DNA of 60,000 bases from Lama guanicoe. Its lineage: Eukaryota. The stretch covers positions 1,826,485 through 1,886,484 of the forward strand of contig MU053431.1 of assembly GCA_013239625.1 (NCBI GenBank). The letters run 5' to 3'. The notes beneath the pieces were generated by a model that saw nothing but the letters and a program-made list of their open reading frames with translations, searched no databases and was not told the origin of the DNA. Positions 11,749-22,453 of the stretch are shown in pieces (position 1 is the stretch's first letter; every line of letters starts with the position of its first letter). Made by a program: the position numbers and the translations under genes.

Positions 11749-14309
11749 GCACAAAAAAGCAACTTGGAGTTGTGTGATTTTGATACCAAACTAAGTTAAC
11801 TTTTTCTATAATGAGAAGTTTTATTTTTCCAAGATTTATAACTGGAGCTGTACTTCGATGTACTTGGCTCACTTGATACAATGTGCGTACAAACTAGGAA
11901 CAGGTCCAGGCGTTACGTTGTTGCCTGTGGCCAGCCCTCCACGTGGAGACGAGGCGGAGCTGGCGTCTCCTCCCGACAGGACGCGGGTCTTCGGCCTGGG
12001 ATCGTCTTCACAAAGGAGGGACCGGACCTGCCAAGTGACAGGAGGCACTCTCCCTTCAGCCAGACACTGCGCCGCCGGCTCAATCTGAGGAACCAAGGAG
12101 ACTGAAGACAGCTGCCCCCCCACCCCTGGGAGCAGGAGGTCAGAACTCGCTGAGCCCATGAGGCCAGGCCAGGAGCCCACCTCGGGGCCCTGAGCACGTG
12201 GCTGGCGTCCTGGTTCCCCATCCGGGCCCCCGACAGCTGGCACAGCACGTCTCGTCGGAGCCGCTGATCCTGCACGGCCGCCGGCCCTCCTGCTCCACCG
12301 TCCTGTGCTGGAACCTAGGGCAGAAGCTTGTACGCCATGGTTAGACCCACTGCTCGGGGGCCCCAGGGAGGGTCTTCAACAGAAGATCACGCCCTCAGCG
12401 GTCACCTCCTGCTGCGTGGAGGAGAATCTGGACGGCACCCAGGAAGGAGTCTGTGGCCACCACTGCCCCTGCACACCCTGGCCTCTCCTCTCCATTCCTA
12501 AGTGGAACCCATGAGCTCTGCTGCCAGACAAGCTCAGGGGACACCACACTCCCCCCAGGTGCCCAGACACAGGGTTCTGTCACCTTTCCCCGCTGCGTGG
12601 CAGGCACCGTGGCCTGAGTGCGTTAGAAGGAAGAGGAGCGAAAGTCGGCAGCGTCACAGAGAGAACACACCCCCACCCCGGGCCTCCCTCTCACTGCCTT
12701 CACCCTCCACCCCCTGCCCAGCGCAGCAGCGAGCCGTCCGGAGTGCAGAGCCCATAGCTGGCGTCCCAGGCTGCAGACGGAAGACCTGGGCTAAGCCCCA
12801 GAGATGAGCTCTGGGCAGACCATGCACAGAAGCAGCTAAAGGTGCAGTTGGGTGTGACTGTCGCTTGTAATGCTGGGTGATGTCTCAGAAAACCCTGGTG
12901 GAGGAGGAGCTGGTGGCCCTGGCCCTGGCAGCAGGCAGCAGTGGGAAGCCTGTGCTCTGAGCGCGGCCAGGCTGGGGCTGTGGCAGCCTCACCTATACCG
13001 CACACGTGTCTGTTTCCTGGGGCAGAGGCGGGCAGGGCCTGCCCACCCAAGCGCTCTGGGGGTGGCTTAACCCTGCAGAGCGCCCCCAGAGCCCATCAAC
13101 GCCTTCCTCAGAGGCGCCCAGCCTCCTGGATCTCACTGCGGGTTCTCCAAGGCTGGCTGCAAATCGGCCCGGGAGCAGGCCAGGCCCACGGCGCAGTCTG
13201 CAGAGGGCCAGCCCCGCTGGCTGCCCACAGCTACTCTGTTCCTCGCTCCTCAGGAAACCTACCCTGGCCACAACTGGCAGAAATGCCCAGAACTCCGTAC
13301 CTTTGGGGGAGTCACCACTGTCCTTTCACAAAGCAAGATAGCAGGACACGCAGTTTCCACCCAGGTGAGACTGTGCCCGGGGCGGTGCTGGAGGTGGATG
13401 AGCCCACAGGGAGTGAGTGTCAGCACCAAGAGAGGTCTTCAGCCACACCCACGGCCGAGGTGGGAGGGTTCCCGTCAGCTCTGGGCTGCCGACAGCTGCA
13501 CAGCTCGAGGAAAGCCACGTCCCCGGGCATGGGCAGCCTGAGGCCTGTTCGCTGGCTTGCCGGGCGGGGAGAGGGCGGCGTCCTGCGGGGAGGGCCGGGC
13601 CGGCTCCCTCTTCTCGCTCATCACCCCGCAGGCGGCTCTCCCAGGAGCCATCCTCGTGGCCCAATCTGAAACCCAGACCTAGATTCCAGGTGTGCTTTTT
13701 TGAAACAAAGTGGTATAGTAGTTACAGAAGAAGAATTTTAGCTGGAGTGGCCACTCTCAACTTTCGTTTCCAGTGGTGGGGCACCAGCTTTGCTGGCTTC
13801 CTATCGCCACCCAGCCGGCGTCAAAGGCAGAGGGTGAGTGCGAGACCCACAGTTGCTGGGGAACATGCAGCTGAAGTGTGTCTGAAGCTGGTCCCTGTAC
13901 GTGAAGAGGGAGTGCCAGCAGCCACTTCACAGGCCCAGAGAGAGCCCCTCGGGGGTGTTTAACTGGCCTGGGTCACCGGAAGAGGACGTCCAGGCATTTC
14001 TGTCTCCATGTTTAGCCTTTGTGAGGGGCCTCGCCCTCAGTGCAGGTGACTCCTGCTTTCTTGTAACCGTTAGAATGCGGCCAAGGGGCAGGAGGTCAGG
14101 CCCGTGGAGACGTGGCACTGTGGGACTCTCAGTCTGGAAGAGACTGCTGCTGGCCTTGAAGAAACAAAGTGCCAGGCTGTGAGCCTTTGGGGGGACACGT
14201 ACCTCCGTCCTGCTGCCCCAGGAAGAGGAGTTCTGCTGACAGTCCGAGGGAGCTTGGAGGCAGGTAGCTCCCCCAAGGAAATCTGAGGAGACAGCAGCCC
14301 CAGGCGACA

Positions 14310-14940
14310 GCTGGAGGGCATCCTGCCGGGCGCGGTCCTTAGCGGGGGACATCTGCTATGGACAACATCCGGGGGGCACCCTTCAGAGGGACATTCTCGC
14401 TGAGCTCATCCTGGGTGGGGGGCATCGTGGTAGGTGATATTGTGGGGTGTTCTCCTGGGGGCAGGGGTCCTCCAGAAGCATCCTCCAGAGGGCATCCGGG
14501 GCTACATTCTTCTGAGGAGGACCCCCTCCAGAGAAGGGCCTTCTTCAGGCAACAGTTCTGGCCATGGAGGGGGCAGGCATCCTCGGAGAGAGAGCCCTAC
14601 AGGGTGGGGACCTTGGGGCAGAGAGGCGTCCTCCAGGGGGAGGTTCTGGGGCAAGGGGAGAGAGATTTTCTGGTTGGTGGGTTTGCGGGGGCACAGACAT
14701 CCTCCAGGGGGACATCCTATTCTAGGGGATCCTCGCAGGAACATCCTTCAGGCGAGCATCTTTGGGGGTCCCCTCTCCAGGGAGAAGTCGCCAAGGTGGC
14801 ATGGGGGCAGGCTCGGGGGGCAGGGGCGAGCATTCTCCGGAGGGACTTTCAGGGGAGAAGGGGTATTCTCAGAGGCGACAGGTATCCTCCAGGGGGACAT
14901 CCTTCCGGAGGGACAGCCTGGGGACGGGCATCCTCCTTGC
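14310..14940. repeat. Degenerate G-rich minisatellite upstream of OGFR
   Basis: Many variants of GGRCATCCTCCAGRGG. The exact 20-mer ATCCTCCAGGGGGACATCCT occurs at 14699 and 14884. Confidence 0.7.
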
Positions 14941-15400
14941 GGGTCGGACGCCAGCCCCAGGCCCGCCCCTCGGCCCGCCCCCGGCCCGCCCCCGCGCTTC
15001 CTCCCTCTTTCACTTTCGCTTCCGCCTGAGCGGGTCCCGCAGCCGCGCGAGCATGGACGACCCTGACTGCGACTCGACCTGGGAGGAGGACGAGGAGGAG
15101 GACGGCGAGGGCTCGAGCGCCGCGGCCACTGAGGATGGCGAGGCCGGCTCTCCGGGGGACGCGGAGGACCAGGCCAAGGCCAAGGCCGAGGAAGAAGCGC
15201 GGCCTAGCGCGCTCCAGGTGCCGCCCCCGCGCGCTGGGGACCCCGCGCCCCTGGGGAAGCCGGCCCGGCGCCGCGGCGGAAGAGAGGGCGAGGCCTTGCT
15301 CTGGGGAGCCGTCCCCCTCCACCCTGCGGCCGGGTGCAGAGGCACCTCTCGGAGACCCGGCTGGGGGCCCGGCTCTTCCTCCCCAGCTGTGGACCTCTTC
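14940..15400 (+). promoter_or_regulatory. CpG-island promoter of OGFR
   Basis: Three GCCCGCCCC boxes (14960-14995) and an IRF/ETS element (15008-15023) just before the ATG at 15053. Confidence 0.85.
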
Positions 15401-18400
15401 CCGGTCACCTCCTCCTCCTGCTCCGGTGATGATCCCCAGGACACCCTGAGATCTGTCCCAACCCGCGCCCCACCCCCAACCAGGGCATCTTGCAGGGATT
15501 CCAGGGCCACCCTCAGACCCGCGTCCCCAGGACCAGATCTGCATGATGACACTTCCTCAAGAGGATGGCCCGGGCTCATCCATGTGTGTCACATGCCATT
15601 CTCAGCCCCTTGGCTGTGTCCTCTAAATAGATCCCAGCCCTCCTCACTGGCCACCTCCACTGCTCTCGCCAGCCTCTCAGCCTCCTGGCGCTCCCTTCTC
15701 CACCCTGACCCTACCCAAGGCTCCAGGCTGGCTCAGGCCAAGGAGCCCCCCGTCTGCCCCACCCCTGCTGACCCGCACTGGGTGCAGTTCCCACCCGCTC
15801 TTGCTGGAGCTGACCTCATGTTGTCTTGGAGGTGGCCTACCTGAGCCAGGGGGGCTGGCCATGCCCACCAGTTACTCTTGTCACCACTGGTTACATGCTG
15901 TTACCACTGGTTGCTTGTCATTATTGGTTATTACTTTGTTACCTCTGATTACTTGTAACCAGTGGTTACTTTTGTCGCCACTAGTTACTTGTCGTGACCA
16001 TGGTTATTAAACCATTACCAGCTGTTACTAAAACTCTCTGGGCATTGCATTCCTGCTGTGATTCCAGGTGAGAGGGAGGGCCCTGAGTGATAGCTGTCAC
16101 CCTGTGTCCCACTTGCTTTGGGACAAAGGTGTCTTGGCACCATGTGTAGAGAGGTTTGGATTCCAGCCTGTGTCCAGTATGGATTCTCCCTGAAGTGGAG
16201 GAGAGCTCTGGTTTTCAGGTTTCTCTCTGTGTCTTGGAGTGGCCAGCAAGGGGGACCCCAAGGGGCACCTGGGCCTGCCTGGAAGGCCCGCGGCCTTGGC
16301 ACATTTACAGTATTTCAGGCGGGCACAGTTTCGTCCAGGAGGTAGGGTGGGCAGCGGGCAGGTTCACAGTGCAGGAATCTGACTTCTTCCTATCTCCCTC
16401 CTGCTGTGGCTTCTGTACCTCTACAAAGTCTCAATCCTTTCCCCTTCCCCCAGGAGCCCTGTGGTCCTCTCTGCCTGCCCCACACTGGGTCCTAGTGAGG
16501 CTGTTCAGCGCTTCATCCAGGCTGTGTCACATGTGCACCTGTGGGGCTGGTCTTGCTCTGAGTCGTGCCCGTGGCCAGCATCTGGTCAGGACCTGTAGCC
16601 TTGAGCTGAGGGAGGTGCCTGGCCGGCCCCGGGGTGGAGCAGAGGTGGAAACTGATGGAGGGGCGGGGCCCACTTCTGCCGAGTTCGGTTTCATCTGCTG
16701 GCCCAGCTGGCATCTTGCTGAGAAGCGCCCCTGTGGGAAGCATATGGGACCCCTCCTGGGGCTATAAGTGACAATGCCACTGCCCTTGGGGACACAGCCT
16801 GGTGGTGACCACTTAGAGCACACAGAGTGCAAGGAGGAAGTGCTGGGGAAGGCGGTTACCAGAGGAAGGTCCTGGGGTGTGCTTCAGCCAGGGTGACCAG
16901 CAAACACGGGAGGAAGAAGTGAAATGAGTTTGGGGGCACTGCATCCCAAGGATGCACATTGGCCTAGGGGTCCTGAGGTCTGGAGTGGGTGGCAGTGGGC
17001 CAGCCTCACTCCAACTGCTCCAGCCCCCTTTGAGTTTGCTGACAGCTGGCCCAGGATGGGGGCTCCCTAGGGTGGGTCCTGCTTGCTGGCTGCCTCAGGA
17101 AGTGGGGAGGGTCTCCCCTGGGGGTCTCATCCAGTCTCCTCTCTTCCCAGTTTGGGGTGACGGGGTCCAGAAACTGGCGAGCTGCGCGGGACACGCGCAG
17201 GTACCGGCACCACTACCCGGTACGTAGCTGCCTGCAGCACCCTCACACCCCACAGCCCACCCAGGACCAGGTCCTCCCAGAGAAGGCCAGCTGGACGATG
17301 TCCCATCGGCCCCTCTTCTCTGGCAAACGGAAACCCCGCCTGGGCTACTGCTCTGTCTCCTCGTTGTGGGGTGACAGCGTGGTGCCCTAACTCCGACCTC
17401 AGTGCCCTTGCCTTTAGAATGCATTGCAGGGCCAGCTGGCAGTGCGCCCACCTGAGGCCGGCACCCCTAACCCATCTCATGGTCTCCTGGTCCTCAACCC
17501 CTGTCCTCTGTACCCAGGAGTCCCAGGCAACCACTGGGCTCTCTTCGGGGTGCAGATGAAGGGGACTTCCCAGCCCTGGCCCACAATGGTGAGGAGGGGA
17601 AGGTAGTTGCTGACGGTTAGAGGAGGCTGCTGTCCCCCACGGGTGGATGCTGGTCCTCACCTGAGGGGTGAGGGGCCCAGGCTGGGCACTCGGGGTCCTC
17701 ACCAGACTTAAGGATGTCTGGAGGTTTGTGGGCTGAGAGCAGAGGCCCCCCTCACCCCCCGGGAATGCTTTGGTCTGAGGGGCCCTTGGAGGCAGCCTGG
17801 TTTTGATGGTGTACTGACTGTCGCCTCTCTGGCTCTTCAGGATTTGGTGGAACAAGATGGCAATGGTGACATGCCCAACCTGAGTTTCTACAGAAATGAG
17901 ATCCGGTTCCTGCCCAACGGTGAGTGCCTGCTGGCAGCTCCGTCCTTGGGGCGCTCCCCTCCATCCTCTGCCCTCTGCCTAGCTGGGACCTAGTTTGGAC
18001 ACGTGGCTTTCTGATCGCCCCACGGTGACCCCTGGAAGCTGCTGAGGGGCCCCCCAGGCCCCGGCCCTTGTCCTGGACCCCTTGGGCAATGTGCTCCAAA
18101 GGGCCAGGCAGTGAATGTTGGTGACTCTGCAGGCCCCATGGTCTCTGTCACAACTTAGCCCTCCCGCTGTAGTGGGAAAGCCCCACGTGTGAACTGACAT
18201 GAGAGAATGGCTTTTACATTTTTAAATGCTTGGGGAAAACTAAAGATATATTTTCTGACATGTGAAAATCATGTGCAATTCAAATTTCTGTGTTTATAAG
18301 TGAGCTTTTATTGGAACCCTTCCTCGCCCGTCCACTTACACATTGTCTGTGGCTGTGTTCCCACCACAGCACCGGCCACATGGCTGCACAGCCTTAAATA

Positions 18401-21400
18401 TCCCCCTCCTGGCCCTTTGCAGAAACAGGGGCTACCCTGCAGGAGACCAGACTGCAGAGTGGGGCTTGGCTGCAGGTTCTGTTTGAGGGCCGAGTTCCAG
18501 GTAGCAGGCTGTGGTTTGGGGAGTGCAGTCAGGCCCCCCTTCTGCAAAGACAGGTGTGGATCTGGGCCCACTTGTTCTTCTCCCGGGCCCTCCCGCCCAG
18601 AGTGCCCAGCATGCTCTGCCCACTCGGGTCTGCCCTCAGTCAGCAGTGAGGGTCTGCTTTTCAGATTGCAGAGGGACAGGTGGCCTAAATTGGGCTGTCC
18701 TGAAGCTACCAAACCCCGAGGTCCTCAAGAAAGCGGAGGGAGGGGCTTTCTGCAGCCCCCGCTGACTTGTCCCCATGCGGCTCACAGGCTGTTTCATTGA
18801 AGACATTCTTCAGAACTGGAGGGAGGAGTACGAACTCCTGGAGGACAATCACCACTACATCCAGTGGTGAGTGGGCGTGGGCGTGGGCGTGGCTCTGGGC
18901 GGCCCTCGAGGCCCCGCCCAGGCGCCCGCTTTCTGAGCATGCGCACGCTGCGCTCAGGGCCCAGTCCCGGGAACTGCGGGGCGGGGGCGGGGAGACCCCG
19001 TCTCGCAGTCAGGGTTCTTCAGCTGTAAACAGCCTCTGTCGCCGAGAACCGGCACTGGACTTGCCGGTCAGGGAGAGCAGCAGACAAGCTGGTTCTCTGG
19101 AGGCGACGGTGCGGCAAGGGGCCCCAGGGGCCTGTCCGCGGAGCCACTCTGACCACAGAGGGTTCGAAGCCCCACAAATGCAGCATCCTTTGAGGACGGC
19201 TCGCAGGGGGCCTCCCGGGGGCACAGGGTGTCCCGGAGGATAATTCTGCGGCACTGATGGTGGGAGGGAAAGGCGTGCAGAATAACAGAAAGGCACGCAG
19301 GGCCGCAGGGTGGCTGGCAGGTGCCCTTACAGCTGAGCGCGCAGGCTGGGGCTTCTGTCCCCTCGCCTGCTCTGGGGCCTTGTCAGGGCCCTCCCTGGAG
19401 CTCTCCCGCCCTCACCCCTTTGCTTTATTGACTCATGAAAGCCTGCAGCGTGTGTGGCACGTGTGGTCCAGCCAGCCCAAGTTGCGGAGGGCTGCCCTAG
19501 GCTGCTCAGCCAGTGAGTATGGAGTGGCTGGGCGCCCACGTCTGCCACTGACTGGGCCTCTGTCATCTCTTCCCTCGCAGGCTGTTTCCCCTGCGAGAGC
19601 CAGGGGTGAACTGGCATGCCAAGCCCCTCACAGTCCAGGAGGCTGAGGTGAGCTCTGAAGGCAGGAGGCCGCCATCCAGGGAGGGGTCACAGCGGGACAC
19701 AGGTGTCTGCTTGGAGTGCAGGAGCCAGAGGAGCCCCTAGTGTAATGACCTTCCCTCCCAAGTGGTCCTTGCCTCTGGCCCCCAGTGCTCCTTGCAGAGA
19801 GATCTGACTGTGCGAGGGTTGCCCACGTCCAGGGGTACAGGACAGGGGCCGCGAGCAGAGCCAGCATGAGTGGGCTTTATCTTGGTCAGCCCTGGTGTGG
19901 GTTGGAGCAGGGATGCCCTCGAGGGTCAGGAGGGTCTCCAGGAGCCAGGAACACACAAAGGAGGCAGAGTAGGTGCACCAAGGGGACAGGGTGGGTGCTT
20001 CCTGCCCCATGCCCAGTCCTGGGAGTCCCTGAGCTTTTCCTTTGGCTCAAGGAATTCCTCCCCAGGATACAGCAGAGGGAGGCCTCAGCCCCAGGGATAC
20101 CTTGCAGCGGCTCAGAGTAAAGAGAGAAATACATCAATGCGTCCCTGCATCCCTGGGGTCATTTTCCGCTGAGAGTCCGAGCTGAGGCTTTGGGATGACC
20201 CGGGGCCTGAGGGAGGTGTCCTGGCTGTGCTGGCTGCTGAGCTCTCAGCCACTCTTGGGGGTGTTTTTCAGGCATTTCAAAACTGCGAGGAGGTCAGGGA
20301 GCGGCTGGTTCAGGCCTACGAGCTCATGCTGGGTTTCTATGGGATCCAGCTCCAGGACCGAGCCACGGGCAGAGTGTGCCGGGCACAGAACTACCAGAAA
20401 CGCTTCCAGAACCTCAGCTGGTGAGGATGCCCCTCCCGCGCTGGGCCCCACCTCACCTGGCAGCGTGGCGGTCAGCACAGCCTGTCTCAGGTTCAGGCAG
20501 GTGCAGGGCAGGGAGCACTTCCAGGGAAAAGGACTCTAGGGCTGGTGCTTGTGGCTCTGAGCATCTTCCTGGGGGTGGTCCCTGCCTGATGAAGAAAGGC
20601 TTCTTGGCCGTGCCCACCTGCCACGTGGGCATGGGTCAGATTGCCAGTGGGGCTCCATCAGCTTCCCAGCGGCTCTGAGCCTCACTCCTGACTGGCTGGG
20701 AGGAGGCACAGGGCACGAATCCACTGACAGCACAGCCGCCCTTGCCTGTGGATAACTGAGGCCCCTGTGCTGGGCCGCCTCCTCTAGAGGGTCCCCTTGT
20801 GGACCTCCCCCAGTGATGCTGGAGGTGGGTGTTCCGTGGGGCCAGAGGACAGTCACCCTTCTAGAGGGTTCATCACAGCCTCACCTACACAGTTCAGGCC
20901 CGTGGGCCCTTGCCTTGGGGACTGGGGCGAGGCCCTGGGGGTGAGCAGGGGTGGGTGGAGACTGGCTCTGTGGGCCAATGTCTGTGTTAGTGGCCATGAG
21001 GATCCTGGGGCAAGGATGGCGATGCGTGGCGTGGCGCGGGTGAGGAGGGTGGACTTTGGCTGAGAACCGCCCACCCTGACGTACAGCCCTGCTGGCACCC
21101 CTCTGTGCCCCCGCCAGGCACAGCCACAACAACCTGCGCATCACCCGCATCCTCAAGTCCCTGGGTGAGCTGGGCCTAGAGCACTACAAGGCACCCCTGG
21201 CCCGCTTCTTCCTGGAGGAGACACTGGTGCGCCAGCAGCTGCCGGGCGTGCGGCAGAGCGCCCTGGATTACTTCGTGTTCACCGTGCGCTGCCGCCACCA
21301 GCGCCGCGAGCTGCTGCACTTCGCCTGGGAGCACTTCCAGCCCCGCTACAAGTTCGTCTGGGGGCCCCACGACAAGCTGCAGAAGTTCAGGCCATGCTCT

Positions 21401-22138
21401 CCGCCCTGCTCACCCCTGCCAGCTGGCCGCCGACAGGCCAAGGGGGAGGACAGCCCGGGGGACCCCCTCCCCGAGGCCAACGCTCAAGGGCAGATCTGTG
21501 GGCCGCGGAGGGGTGAAGAGGGGGATCATGTGGCTGAGGGCCCCCAGCTGCCCAGCACAGAGTCCCAGGAGGCCGGAGCCTTGGAGAGGGACCAGGTAGA
21601 TGAGGCCGGCGTGGAGGAGGGGCCCGAGTCTCCAAACCTCAAGGAGAGCAAGAAGAGGAAGTTGGAGGTGAACCTGCGGGAGCAGGCCCCAGTGCAGCCG
21701 GGCCCAAGCGCCTCGGAGGTGGAGAAGATCGCCCTGAACCTGGAGGGCTGTGCCCTCAGCCCGGGCAGCCTCAGTGCGGGGACCCAGGAATTGGACAGCC
21801 AGGCCCCGAGGGAGGCCGAGCAGCCCTGCCCACAGCCCGAGGGGGCCAAGGTAGCCGACGATGTGAGGAAGAGAAGGAAGGTGGACCAGGGTGCCAGGGA
21901 TGGCACTGGAGTGGCAGCCAGTGGTGGTCCCCTTACTCTGTCCCCCACCTGGCCCCCTGCCTCCCCAGCGTGTCCTGAGGCCGAAGAGGGTGAGAATGGG
22001 GTCAGAGAGGAAGCAGAAGGCCCAGCAGGGCCAGAGCAGGGTGCCCCCGGGAGCCCCACTCCTGCAGGACCCCCGGTGGGTGATGGGGCTGAGCTGGCAG
22101 CGGAGGCGGGGCCTTCTGTGCAACCTGGGAAGCCTTAA
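15053..22138 (+). CDS. OGFR: Opioid growth factor receptor, 542 aa
   Basis: Exons 15053-15217, 17151-17219, 17841-17919, 18788-18866, 19581-19647, 20272-20420, 21118-22138 total 1629 nt, all GT-AG. Acidic start MDDPDCDSTWEEDEE; OGFr_N domain (NLSFYRNEIRFLPNG, HYIQWLFPLREPGVN, HNNLRITRILKSLGELG); basic NLS-like KKRK and RKRRK; ends GKP*. Confidence 0.97.
15870..16030. repeat. Degenerate ~17-20 bp tandem repeat (TGTTACCACTGGTTAC-like) in OGFR intron 1
   Basis: Repeated gttac/ccactggtt units in an AT-richer patch than the flanks. Confidence 0.7.
18085..18430 (+). mobile_element. MER58-like hAT-Charlie DNA transposon relic
   Basis: aaagggccaggcagtgaat...ggtctctgtcacaact, then gaatggcttttacatttttaaatg...ttttattggaac...ctggccctttgcagaaa, matching MER58A/B as I recall them. 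Confidence 0.7.
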
Positions 22139-22447
22139 GGGGATGGGACATGCACAGGCGACTCAGCTCGGCCCGGCGCCAGGCCCAGGCGCCAGGTTGC
22201 CGGCTGTCCCCTGCGCCCAGCTGTGCTGGCTTCTCCCAGGTGGTCACTGCGGCAGCTGCGGCAGTGCTGGAAGGACGGACCCCGCCCTCGGGGAAGGCCA
22301 AGGACTTCAGGATCCTTCTTACCTCGACTACACTCCCCGCCTCCTCCGTCTTGTGCCACTGCTCCCCATCTTTATAAATAGGCCCCTAATGGTCAGGGGT
22401 GGGGAGTGGGGGCTCATTTTCTTAGTCTGGTGCCGAGGTCTTTTCTG

Positions 22448-22453
22448 AATAAA
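22448..22453 (+). terminator. Poly(A) signal of OGFR
   Basis: AATAAA 310 nt after the stop, followed by T/GT-rich sequence. Confidence 0.8.

Noticed and set aside
14358..15844. 210-360 aa ORFs around OGFR exon 1
   Set aside because: Explained by the G-rich minisatellite and by read-through of exon 1 past a good donor at 15218.
15870..16030. CRISPR-like array
   Set aside because: Mammalian intron with short degenerate units, no unique spacers and no cas genes.
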